64,000 nucleotides of DNA from an uncultured Chloroflexia bacterium (GTDB taxonomy: Bacteria > Chloroflexota > Limnocylindria > Limnocylindrales > CSP1-4). Under the pieces are notes generated by a model that was not told the origin of the DNA, searched no databases, and worked only from the letters and a program-made list of their open reading frames with translations. Shown here piece after piece: positions 40,672 through 49,713 of this stretch. Each line of letters opens with the position of its first letter. The first letter of the stretch is position 1. The stretch spans positions 197,286 to 261,285 of the forward strand of contig CAWFPC010000006.1 of NCBI GenBank assembly GCA_963817745.1, in the 5' to 3' direction. The translations under genes were made by a program, and so were the position numbers.

Positions 40672-41200
40672 ATGCCGTCCGCCATCCCGACCGATGCCAC
40701 CGCGCAGCTCCCGCCGGCGCGGATGATCGATCCACGCGGGCATCGATTCGGCGCCGGCGTGTCCGCGGGGCTGCTCATCATCGCGTTCGTCACCGGGACA
40801 CCGCTCCTCGTGGTGCTGGCGTTCCTGTCGATCGCGACGAGCGCCGCGTTCGGGCTGCGCTATTCGATCTACGGCGCGATCTGGCGGCGGATCGTCAAGA
40901 TCGCCCGGCTCGGGCCGACGGAACCGGAGCACGAGTACCCGCCGCGCTTCGCGCAGGTCCTCGGCAGCGTGGCCCTGATCCTGTCGCTCGTGGCCTTCGC
41001 GGTCGGGGCGTCGACGCTCGGCTGGGTCTTCGCGCTCGCCGTCGCGGGCCTGCAGTCGCGTGCTGGCGGTGACCGGCTACTGCCTGGGCTGCCGCATGTA
41101 CTTCCTGCGCTGGTGGGTCCCGGATCTCGTGACACGGATCTGGACGGGCGGACGGGTCCGCCACGTCCCGTTCGCGACGGAGCCGATCCAGTACCGCTGA
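40672..41200 (+). CDS. DUF4395-family membrane protein
   Basis: GGAG RBS. Four TM segments. C-terminal TGYCLGCRMYFLRWW is reached after a frame change at ~41065. Confidence 0.65.
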
Positions 41201-41212
41201 CCCTGCGCGTCG

Positions 41213-41740
41213 CTACGCGGTGACGTCGGGTCGCTGGTAGGGCCCGGTCGTGATGACCTCGCCCTCGGCCTCGTAGGGGAGCGTCCCCTCGGACCGGATC
41301 CGATAGCGGTGGTGGATCCGCGTCGCACCGGCTGACAGCATCGCGCTGACCGGGCAGTACTTCGTCGCCGACAGCTCGATCGACCGGCGGATCGCCGCCT
41401 CCGACAGGTCTTGCCCGGTGACCTCGTGGACGACGTCGATCTCGGTGTAGACCTGCGGGTACTCGTCGCGCTGGCTGCCCGACGTCGAGACGCGGTACGA
41501 CGCGATCGCCTGGCGCTTCTTGGTGGCGATCGAGATCACGTCGAACGCCGAGCAGGCCGCCAGCGCCGTCAGCACCGTCTCGACCGGACTGCCGCCCTGG
41601 TCGGAGTGCCGATCGTCGAAGTCGAGCTCGTGCCCGGAGCTCGGCACGGCGTGGAACCGGTTGCCGCCGAGATGCTCGAGGACGACCGACTTCTGGGTGG
41701 GCACGGGCGCAATCCTAGCGGTCGGACCCGTTCCGGACAT
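41213..41740 (-). CDS. OsmC/Ohr-family peroxiredoxin-like protein
   Basis: Intact, 175 aa. Reads GGSPVETVLTALAACSAFDV and ELSATKYCPVSAML, the two conserved Cys regions. Confidence 0.85.
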   Translation of the reverse strand: MSGTGPTARIAPVPTQKSVVLEHLGGNRFHAVPSSGHELDFDDRHSDQGGSPVETVLTALAACSAFDVISIATKKRQAIASYRVSTSGSQRDEYPQVYTEIDVVHEVTGQDLSEAAIRRSIELSATKYCPVSAMLSAGATRIHHRYRIRSEGTLPYEAEGEVITTGPYQRPDVTA

Positions 41741-41744
41741 GGGA

Positions 41745-41781
41745 GCACCCCGGCTCGCTGGGGGGATTCGAGCCGGGGTGC
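41745..41781 (-). promoter_or_regulatory. 13-bp perfect stem-loop directly upstream of the OsmC-family start (terminator of the upstream gene or an RBS-occluding hairpin)
   Basis: GCACCCCGGCTCG (41745-41757) pairs with CGAGCCGGGGTGC (41769-41781); 11-nt loop. On the minus strand the 3' arm (GGGGTGC) ends 4 nt before ATG 41740 and contains the only SD-like purines. Confidence 0.5.
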
Positions 41782-41874
41782 ATGGGGTCGACGGTCGATC
41801 AGCGTGGCTGACCTCGTCGCGGAGATGGTGGCGAGCCCGACCGGCGTGTCGCGGGCCGTGCGTGCAGGTTCAGG

Positions 41875-42316
41875 TCAGAACGGGCTGAGCGCCCCGACCT
41901 CGAGCTGGGACTGGATGGCACTCGCGGCCAGAGCGGCACCCGCGAACATGACCGTGAACTGCCCCGCGACGTGATCGTTCGCGTCGAGCGCGTCGGCCAG
42001 GTCGTCGACAGCCGCCGCGACGATGGCGGTCACCCGCCGCGAGCGCGGTCGCGGCGTCGGCCCCGCCGAATGTCGCGAGTGCCCGATCGACCACGGCCAG
42101 CTCGTCTGCATCGAGCGTGCCCCGCACATATCCCGCGTGCAGGCGGTCGGCGGTCATCCGGATCATCGTGGATGCCCGCAGGGCGCGGAGGCCGCTCGTG
42201 ACGGCGGATGCGTCGCCGGTCACGCGTTCGACGGTCGTCGTGACGCTGTCGTGCGCGGTCGTCATCCTGGTCGGAAACATGGTCGGTCGGCCCCCAGTGC
42301 TGCTGAACCTCGTCAT
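41875..42316 (-). CDS. Hypothetical helical protein (~135-147 aa)
   Basis: Reads ..TTVERVTGDASAVTSGLRALRASTMIRMTADRLHAGYVRGTLDADELAVVDRALATFGG.., then after a frame change (~42040) VTAIVAAAVDDLADALDANDHVAGQFTVMFAGAALAASAIQSQLEVGALSPF*. The start is ambiguous (42316, 42280 or 42262). No family recognised. Confidence 0.45.
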
Positions 42317-42342
42317 GATGCGGTTCGTCGCGGCGACGGACC

Positions 42343-43659
42343 ATGGCCGCTATCGGCAGACCCGCCGCGATCTCGTTGCGCACGTGCGGCAAGGAGGCCG
42401 GTCCGAGGCTGGCCCGCACCGTGCTCGGGGTCTATCCTGCGGCGATGGCCGCTCCCATCGACAGCCGCGCAGCGCTCGTCGATGCGGTCGCCCGCGACAT
42501 CGACGCCCTGTGCGAGATCGTCGCCCTCGATGTGGGCGAGCCGGCGGCGGACCTCCGTGATGAGGTCGTCCTGGCGCTCACGCTGCTGGCGACCCCCGAG
42601 GAGCGGCGGCCGATCGGCGAGGAGGCCGCCGCGCAGCTCCGGGAGCGCGGTCGGCAGGCCGCCCACGCCGGCGTCCCCGCCGACCGATTGCTCGACCGGT
42701 TCACCTCGCTGCTGCCGGCGATCTGGGACGCCGCCGTGGCGCTCGAACCGCCGGTGCCCGTGCTTCGCGAGCTGGCGACCTGGCTGCTCCGCGGCGCGGA
42801 CCTCACGGCCCGCGCCATCTCCGACGGCTATCAGAGCGCGGAGCGATCGATCGTCGCGCGCGATGCGACCGCGCGACGCGCATTCCTCGAGGAGCTGCTC
42901 TCGACGTTCCCCGACGACGTCCAGGCGTCCGCGCGTCTGCGCCGGCTCGCGACGCGCTACGGGCTCGATCCGCTGGCCGCGTATCGGCTGTTCGTCGTGA
43001 CGCCGCACCAGGGCACCGACGATGACGAGGCGCACGAGCTCGCCGATCGGCTCGGGCAGCGCATCGGGGCACGGTCGAGCGCGGACCGCGCGTCCGCGGC
43101 GCCGGGGCTGCCGTTGCCCCAGGTACTCGCCAGACGCGGCCGGGTCGTCGTCCTTGCGCGGGCGGACTGGCCCGGGGGCGCGCGTCTGCGCGAGGCGCTC
43201 GACGCGATGGTGCCGGGCTGGGTCGCGGTCGCGACGACCGCGGTCGACGGGGTCGGCGGGCTGCCCGCGGCGATGGCCCAGGCGAGCGACACGGTCCGGG
43301 CCGCCGGACGGCTCGGACGCGGCGGGTGGATCGACGACCCCGATGACCTCGCGGTCGAGCGGCTGCTGCTGCTCGACGACGTCCTGCTGGCGGCCGTCGT
43401 CGCCCACGAGCTCGGTCCGCTGCTCGCCGTGCCGCGGATGGGCGACGAGCTCGTGGAGACGCTGCGGGTCTACTTCGAGTCGGGGGAGAACGCGCGCGAG
43501 GCGGCACGCCGGCTGCACCTCGCGAACCGGACGGTCACGTACCGGCTTGCCCGGATCGCGGAGGCGCTCGGACGGCCGCTCGATGGGGAGATGCGGAACC
43601 GGCTGTCGGTCGCGCTGCTGGCCTACCGGATCGCGGCGGCGCGCGCGACGGTCGGCTAG
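42343..43659 (+). CDS. PucR/CdaR-family transcriptional regulator
   Basis: Intact. C-terminal PucR HTH: ETLRVYFESGENAREAARRLHLANRTVTYRLARI. Alternative start at ATG 42445, preceded by TATCCT + 6 nt. Confidence 0.8.
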   Translation: MAAIGRPAAISLRTCGKEAGPRLARTVLGVYPAAMAAPIDSRAALVDAVARDIDALCEIVALDVGEPAADLRDEVVLALTLLATPEERRPIGEEAAAQLRERGRQAAHAGVPADRLLDRFTSLLPAIWDAAVALEPPVPVLRELATWLLRGADLTARAISDGYQSAERSIVARDATARRAFLEELLSTFPDDVQASARLRRLATRYGLDPLAAYRLFVVTPHQGTDDDEAHELADRLGQRIGARSSADRASAAPGLPLPQVLARRGRVVVLARADWPGGARLREALDAMVPGWVAVATTAVDGVGGLPAAMAQASDTVRAAGRLGRGGWIDDPDDLAVERLLLLDDVLLAAVVAHELGPLLAVPRMGDELVETLRVYFESGENAREAARRLHLANRTVTYRLARIAEALGRPLDGEMRNRLSVALLAYRIAAARATVG

Positions 43660-43719
43660 TCCGGTCGGTCGGCGGGGCCGGGTCGCCGGGCCGCGCCGTC
43701 GGGCCGACGGCGGCGCCGG

Positions 43720-44856
43720 CTACCAGGCGGTGGCGGTCGTCGCCTCGGCGATGCCTTCCGACTCGAGCCAGCGCTCGGCGTCGATGGCGGCCTTGCAGCC
43801 GTCCGCCGCGGCGGTCACGGCCTGGCGATAGCGATGGTCGTGGACATCGCCCGCGATGAACACGCCGTCGATCTTCGATCCGGTCTCGTCGTGGACCACG
43901 AGATAGCCCTTCTCGTCGATCTCCAGCCAGTCGCGGAACGCCGCGGTGTTCGGCTCGTAGCCGATCGCGATGAACAGGCCGTCGAGCGGCATGTGACTGG
44001 TCTCGCCGGTGGTCGTGTCGCGCAGACGAACGCCCTCGACCTTGGCGTCGCCGACCACTTCCTCGACCGCCATGTTCGGGTGGATCTCGATCTTGGGGTG
44101 GTCGACCGCCCGGTCGACCATGATCTTGCTGGCGCGGAACGTGTCCCGCCGGTGGAGCAGGTGGACCTTCGTCGCGAAGCGGGTGAGGTAGGTCGCCTCC
44201 TCGAAGGCCGTGTCGCCGCCACCGACCACCGCGATCTCGCGGTCGCGGAAGAAGAAGCCATCGCACGTCGCGCAGGCCGACACGCCGCGGCCGCGCAGGC
44301 GCGTCTCGCTGTCGAGCCCGAGCCACAGGGCCGACGCGCCGGTCGCGACGACGATCGACTGGGCCAGGTATTCCGTGCCGCGTGCCCAGATGTGGAACGG
44401 CCGCGCCGACAGGTCGACCCGATCGATGTCGACGTCGACGATCCGCGAGCCGAAGCGCTCCGCCTGGGCGCGCATCGCGGCCATCAGGTCGGGACCCTGG
44501 ATCCCGTCGGGGAAGCCCGGGTAGTTCTCGACGTCGCTCGTGAGCATCAGCTGGCCGCCGGGGGCCGAACCGGCGAGGACGACCGGCTCGAGGTTGGCCC
44601 GCGCCGCGTAGATCGCGGCCGTCAGGCCGGCCGGACCCGAGCCGATGATGACCATCTTGGCCGTGACTCGACCCTCACCCGATGCGATGGTCGACGGACC
44701 GCCCGGGCTCGGGCGCGCCGGGACGTCGTCCGCGATCGCGATGGGCATCCCGGCGGTGCCGCCGGTATCCCCCGAGAAGTCGATCGCGAAGCCGCCGAAG
44801 GGGTCGGTCGGCTTCGACCCGTCGCCCGGGTTCGACCCGTTGGTGGAGTCCGTCAT
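43720..44856 (-). CDS. trxB: Thioredoxin-disulfide reductase with ~65-aa N-terminal extension
   Basis: Intact. Reads IIGSGPAG, redox centre ACATCDG, and GGGDTAFEEA. ORF-initial MTDSTNGSNPGDGSKPTDPFGGFAIDFSGDTGG.. precedes the canonical MVIIGSG. TACCAT lies 7 nt upstream of ATG 44856. Confidence 0.9.
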   Translation of the reverse strand: MTDSTNGSNPGDGSKPTDPFGGFAIDFSGDTGGTAGMPIAIADDVPARPSPGGPSTIASGEGRVTAKMVIIGSGPAGLTAAIYAARANLEPVVLAGSAPGGQLMLTSDVENYPGFPDGIQGPDLMAAMRAQAERFGSRIVDVDIDRVDLSARPFHIWARGTEYLAQSIVVATGASALWLGLDSETRLRGRGVSACATCDGFFFRDREIAVVGGGDTAFEEATYLTRFATKVHLLHRRDTFRASKIMVDRAVDHPKIEIHPNMAVEEVVGDAKVEGVRLRDTTTGETSHMPLDGLFIAIGYEPNTAAFRDWLEIDEKGYLVVHDETGSKIDGVFIAGDVHDHRYRQAVTAAADGCKAAIDAERWLESEGIAEATTATAW

Positions 44857-44899
44857 GGCCTGGATGGTAGCACGGAGTCGATACTCCTGGGGGGTATGG

Positions 44900-45798
44900 T
44901 CACAGGGCGTGGAGCTGGGGGATCACCTCGCCGGCGAGGGCCTCGATCCGGCGTGGATCGGCGACGTCCCGGAGGCTGAAGATGACGTGCTGGGCGCCCG
45001 CATCCGCGAGGTCGCCGAAGCGGTCCACGACCTGGCCCGCGGTCTCGCCGCCGCGCTCGCCGTCGATCGACGAGGGCGACGCCCTGCAGCGTCGATCGCT
45101 CGATCTCGTCGGGGTCGCGGCCGATGTCGGCGCAGTGCTGCGGCGAGGATCGCGTATTTGCGGGCGATCCCCTCGGGCGACCCGAACACGTTGCACGCGT
45201 CGGCGTACTGCGCGACCAGGCGGAGCGTCTTCTTCTCGCCGCCGCCACCGACCATGATCGGGACCCGTGGACGCGACAGCGATTGCGGTGAATTCAGCAG
45301 GCGCGTTGCCTGGAACTGGCGTCCGCTGAAGGACGCCTCCGAGCCGCGTTCCCCGGTCCACATCTCGTGACCGATCCGAAGGGTCTCCTCGAGCATCTCG
45401 AAGCGTTCGCCGAGGGGCGGGAACGGGAACCCGAGCGACCGCGACTCGACCTCGTTCCAGGCGGCGCCGATCCCGAGCCATGCACGCCCGCCGGACAGCA
45501 CGTCGAGCGTCGTCGCGGCCTTGATCCACAGACCCGGGTAGCGGTAGTGGACGCCGCCGACCATCAGGCCCAGGCGCGCCCGCTGGCTGTGGGCGGCCAT
45601 GAACCCGAGCGTGGTCCAGCCCTCGAGCATGGGTTCTTCGGGCGGGCCGCCGGCGCGGATCTGGAAGAAGTGGTCCATGACCCAGATCGAGTCGAACCCG
45701 GCGTCGTCCGCGTCGCGGACGATCCGTGCCAGCGTCGGGCCGATCGCCGCCGCGCCACCGGGCCACGAGAACGAGCTGATCTGCAGGCCGACCTTCAC
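44900..45798 (-). CDS. LLM-class (luciferase-like) F420-dependent oxidoreductase
   Basis: GTG 45798. Reads VGLQISSF..FDSIWVMDHF..GWTTLGFMAA..AWLGIGAAWNE..PIMVGGGGEKKTL. Two frame changes (~45150, ~45070). Confidence 0.8.
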
Positions 45799-45888
45799 CG
45801 GCGGAGCGTACGGCAACAGTCGGTTGCCTGCGCAACGGTCACGTGGATCGGGATCCAGACAGGGCAACGCGAGGTCGGCGGACGCTCC

Positions 45889-46657
45889 CTAGCGGAAGAG
45901 GTCGGTCTCGGCGGGCATGAGGACCTCGGCGATCCGGCCCTCGCCGCGGCGGAACGACGCACCGCGGACCAGCGCGATCGGCCGACGATCGGTCTTGCCG
46001 AGGACGAGCTCCGCGGCCGAGGCGAGCTCGTCGGCGACCGCACGGACCGTCGACCGCATGATCCGCCCGTCGGCATCCGGCGCCCCGCGCAGGTCGTCGA
46101 GCGGATGCAGCCCGGACACGCCGATGGCGACGTCCACGATGCCGAAGCGCCACGGCCGGCCGAAGCTGTCCGAGACGATGACCGGCACGTCCTGCCCGAG
46201 CCGCTCGCGGATGGCGGCGCGGATCCGGTCGGCCGAGGCATCGGGGTCGGTCGGCAGCAGCGTCACGATCGAGCCGGATGCCGGCCCGACGTTGGACGCG
46301 TCGACGCCGCCGTTGGCGCAGATGAAGCCGTGCGGCGTCTCGGTGATGATCACGCCGTTCGCCATCCGGACGACGCGTCGCGCCTCGCGCAGGACGACCT
46401 CGACCTGGCGCGCGTCACGGTCGTAGCGGGCCGCGTATTCCTCGGCCTCCGCTCTGGGCGTGACGGTCGTGAGGTCGACGATCGCGCCCTCCGCCTTGGA
46501 CACGACCTTCTGGGTGACGACCAGCACATCGTCGTCGCGGAGCGGCAGGACCTCCTCGCTCGCCCCGAGTGCGGCCGCGATCTGGGCCGGGCAGGTCGTC
46601 GCCCGGCACGATCTCGCCCAGACCGACGATCGGCACGACCTCCAGCCGATCAGCCAC
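45889..46657 (-). CDS. cofE: Coenzyme F420-0:L-glutamate ligase (stand-alone CofE, no nitroreductase-like extension)
   Basis: GTG 46657 overlaps the cofC 3' end by 8 nt. Reads VVTQKVVSKAEG, FICANGGVDASNV and VSDSFGRPWR. Frame change at ~46580. Confidence 0.85.
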
Positions 46658-47327
46658 GCACGGCCTCGGGGTGGTCGAGATCGACGAGGAGCAGGTCGTC
46701 GGGCGTGTCGAGATCGAGCGTCAACGGCCCGCCGAGCTCCACCACGCGGGCGCCCACCGCGCGCGCCGCGGCGACGTGCGCGGCACGACTGTCGCCGCCG
46801 AAGCAGAAGTCGATCGCGTCGGGTGGGGCGACGAGGAGCGCATTCGTCCCGCGGCCGTGACGGTCCGGCACGATCGTGACGAGCGGGCGCGCGTCGTCGC
46901 CCGGCGCCGGGTCCGTGACCGAGTTGTCGTCCAGGCCGCCCGCGCGGGGTCCATCGAGCGTCGCGAGGACCTCCGCGAGCGCGCTCGGCGAGACCCGCGG
47001 CAGGTCCATCGGCACGATGAGGACGGCCCCGGCGCCGGCCGCCACAGCCTCCGCGCGGGCCTGGGCGAGCCCGCCGTTGAGGCCGTCGCCGCGCTGGAGG
47101 AGCGGGCGCGCACCCAGCTCCATCGCGAGCTCGCGGACCTCGTCATCCGGCGTCACGACGAGCACCTCCGCGATCCCGGGCGTGGCCAGGGCGGCCTCGA
47201 TCGTCCGCCGGGCGAGCCGTGTCGCGAGGTCCTGCCGTTCCTCGGCATCGAGCATCGCCCCGAGCCGCGACTTCGCGCCCTCGAGGGCGCCGATGGGGAC
47301 GATGGCGACGACCGGGCCGTGAGCCAT
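46650..47327 (-). CDS. cofC: 2-phospho-L-lactate / phosphoenolpyruvate guanylyltransferase
   Basis: Intact, 225 aa. Reads VAIVPIGALEGAKSRLG and VLIVPMDLP. The start overlaps the cofD stop (TGATG). Confidence 0.8.
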   Translation of the reverse strand: MAHGPVVAIVPIGALEGAKSRLGAMLDAEERQDLATRLARRTIEAALATPGIAEVLVVTPDDEVRELAMELGARPLLQRGDGLNGGLAQARAEAVAAGAGAVLIVPMDLPRVSPSALAEVLATLDGPRAGGLDDNSVTDPAPGDDARPLVTIVPDRHGRGTNALLVAPPDAIDFCFGGDSRAAHVAAARAVGARVVELGGPLTLDLDTPDDLLLVDLDHPEAVRG

Positions 47328-48265
47328 CAGGCCGTCGTCGCGACGCTCGCGAGGATGGCCCCCGCCACACGCGATCGCGCCGCGTCATCGGTCATGATCG
47401 TGTCGGTCACCACGACGCGCATCCCGAGCGCCTCGATGGCGGGGGCGAGGTCCGCGTCGAGGGTATCGACCACGAAGACGTCGACGAGGCCGCGGTACAG
47501 CCGCGCGACCCCCAGGGCGCTGGCCTCGTGGCCGAGCGACCCGAGCATCCGGTCCGCCGGGCCCTTGAGCGCCTTGCCGCCGACGATCCCGCTCACGGCC
47601 ACGATCGGGGCGCGGGTGCGGGCGGCCTCGAGGGCATCGCGCAGGCCGGGCACGGCCAGCAGCGGCCCGACCGACACGAACGGGTTGGACGGCGCGATGA
47701 CGACGAGGTCGGCGGCGGCGAGCGCGGCGATCACCTCCGGCGTCGCGCGGGCGTCGTCGATCCCGTCGAAGCGCACCTCGTGCACGTCGGGCGCCTGGTG
47801 CCGGTGGACGAAGTACTCCTGGAAGGCCAGCCAGCCCTCGTCGGTGCGGACCTGCGTGCGGACCGGTTCGTCGGCCATCGGCAGGATCGTCGGGGCGATG
47901 CCGAGTCGCGCCCGCAGCTCGATGGCGACGTCGGTCGGGCGTACGCCGGCGCGCAGGCGTTCGGTGCGCCACAGGTGGGTCGCGAGATCGCGGTCGCCGA
48001 GCCGGAACCAGGGGTCGTCCCCGAGCGCGGCGATCGCATCCATGACCGTCCACGTCTCGTCGCGCAGCCCCCAGCCACGCTCCTCGTCGTCGAGGCCGGC
48101 CAGCGTGTAGGCCACGGTGTCGTGATCCGGCCAGATCGCGAGCCCGTACAGCTCGAGGTCGTCCGCCGTGTTGACGATGACGGTCAGGTCCGCCCCGAGA
48201 TGCGCCGCCAGCCCTTCGGCGAGCTTTGCGCCACCGACCCCGCCCGCGAGCTCGACGACCTTCAT
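47327..48265 (-). CDS. cofD: 2-phospho-L-lactate transferase
   Basis: Intact, 312 aa. Reads MKVVELAGGVGGAKL, IVNTADD and APSNPFVSVGP. The ATG overlaps the upstream stop (ATGA). Confidence 0.85.
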   Translation of the reverse strand: MKVVELAGGVGGAKLAEGLAAHLGADLTVIVNTADDLELYGLAIWPDHDTVAYTLAGLDDEERGWGLRDETWTVMDAIAALGDDPWFRLGDRDLATHLWRTERLRAGVRPTDVAIELRARLGIAPTILPMADEPVRTQVRTDEGWLAFQEYFVHRHQAPDVHEVRFDGIDDARATPEVIAALAAADLVVIAPSNPFVSVGPLLAVPGLRDALEAARTRAPIVAVSGIVGGKALKGPADRMLGSLGHEASALGVARLYRGLVDVFVVDTLDADLAPAIEALGMRVVVTDTIMTDDAARSRVAGAILASVATTA

Positions 48266-49185
48266 CCGGCGAGCAGCTCCCAGACCTCGGGCATGCGCTC
48301 GATCGTCTCGCGATCGTACGGGGCGGGCATGCGGGCGATGACGGTCTCGAACCCGAGGTCCCGGTACGGGCGGATCGCGTCGGCGACCTCGGACGGTGAG
48401 CCCGTGAGGTGCGGGCCGGGCCCCGCGCTCGTCACGCCGTTGTGGGCAAGGAGCTCGGCCATCCGTGCCGTCGCCGCCTCGGTCGTGTCGCGCAGCACGA
48501 TCGGGAAGCTCGTGGTCTTCTCGATCGTGGCCGGGTCGCGGCCGACGGCCGCGCAATGGTCGTGCAGCGTGGCCAGCGCGTCGCGGATCTCGTCAAGGGA
48601 ACCCGAGTTGTTCCAGCCGTCGGCGCGCACCGCGACGATCCGCAACGTCTTGCGCCGCCCGCCGCCACCGATGAGGATCGGCAGGTGGGCCTGGACCGGT
48701 CGCGGCTCGCACAGGGCGTCGCGCAGCGTGTAGCGCGGTCCGTCGTGGTCGACGCGCTCGCCGTCGAGCAGGCGGCGCAGCAGCATCACCGACTCGTCGA
48801 GCCAGCCGAGGCGCTCCCCGGGGCTCGCGCCGAAGTCGATGCCGAACGCCTCGTGCTCCCGCTCGAACCAGGCGCCGCCGATCCCGAGGACTGCCCGCCC
48901 GTCGGAGACGTGATCGAGCGTCGTCGCGAGCTTGGCGGTCACCCCGGGGTTGCGGAACGTGTTGGCGCCGACCATCAGGCCGAGGCGAACGCGTTTCGTG
49001 ATGGGACCGAGGCCCGCGAGCGCCATCCAGCCCTCGAAGATCGGTTGCTCCCACGGCCCGAAGATCGCCAGCAGGTGGTCCCACGTCCAGATCGAGTCCC
49101 AGCCCGCAGCCTCCGCGGCCAGCGCCGAATCGCGGAACGACGGCCAGTCCGTCGACTGGGACCAGAGCTGGAGCCCGAAACGCAC
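48262..49185 (-). CDS. LLM-class F420-dependent oxidoreductase
   Basis: Intact, 307 aa. Reads FGLQLW..WDSIWTWDHL..GWMALAGL..VLGIGGAWFE..ILIGGGGRRKTL. Confidence 0.8.
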   Translation of the reverse strand: MRFGLQLWSQSTDWPSFRDSALAAEAAGWDSIWTWDHLLAIFGPWEQPIFEGWMALAGLGPITKRVRLGLMVGANTFRNPGVTAKLATTLDHVSDGRAVLGIGGAWFEREHEAFGIDFGASPGERLGWLDESVMLLRRLLDGERVDHDGPRYTLRDALCEPRPVQAHLPILIGGGGRRKTLRIVAVRADGWNNSGSLDEIRDALATLHDHCAAVGRDPATIEKTTSFPIVLRDTTEAATARMAELLAHNGVTSAGPGPHLTGSPSEVADAIRPYRDLGFETVIARMPAPYDRETIERMPEVWELLAG

Positions 49186-49198
49186 CTGAGGTCGCCCG

Positions 49199-49637
49199 CT
49201 AGTCGTCGAGATGGTCGTGGACCGCGTCGACGCGGACGCGGAAGCTGATCCGCGTCTGGCGCTGGAACCGGTTCGCGATCATGTCCTCGGCCTTGCCGGG
49301 CGTGGCCGCGTGGTAGCGGCGGGCCATGCGCCGCGATGTCGGCCTGGGCGATCGCCTGGTCCTCGACGACCTCGACGGTCCCGGTCAGGCCGACCCAGCG
49401 ATAGCCGTCGACCCCGTCGGCGACCGCGAGCGAGATCCGCCTGTCCCGCTGCAGGTTGGACGGCCAGCGCCGACCGACGGCGCTGTTGAGCACGAGCTCG
49501 TCACCGTCGAGCGTGTACCAGATGACGGCCTGGCGTGGTCCGCCGTCGGGGTCGACCGTGGCGATCGTCGCGAAGCGGTCCGCATCGAGGAAGGCGCGAA
49601 CGTGGGCGGGCAGGGTCGACGTATGGATCACGGTCAT
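49199..49637 (-). CDS. PPOX-class (pyridoxamine 5'-phosphate oxidase-like) probable F420-dependent enzyme
   Basis: Reads FATIATVDPDGGPRQAVIWYTLDGDELVLNS..ISLAV..YRWVGLTGTVEVV. The C-terminus ..MARRYHAATPGKAEDMIANRFQRQTRISFRV is reached after a frame change at ~49325. Confidence 0.75.
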
Positions 49638-49713
49638 GGACCGATGGTACGCGAGGGAGCGCCGAACTCGTCGGCGCCGCGGCCGGGCCTCGTCGGACGC
49701 TGCCGCCGGATCG

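Noticed and set aside
41745-41781. tRNA-like TCGAATCC string on the minus strand, suggesting a tRNA fragment or integration site
   Set aside because: The surrounding sequence forms a single 13-bp hairpin with no cloverleaf, acceptor stem or anticodon arm. No integrase or direct repeat is nearby.
43660-43719. GC-rich 60-bp spacer between the convergent PucR and trxB genes, as a possible bidirectional terminator
   Set aside because: I could not find a clean stem longer than 5-6 bp or any U-tract.
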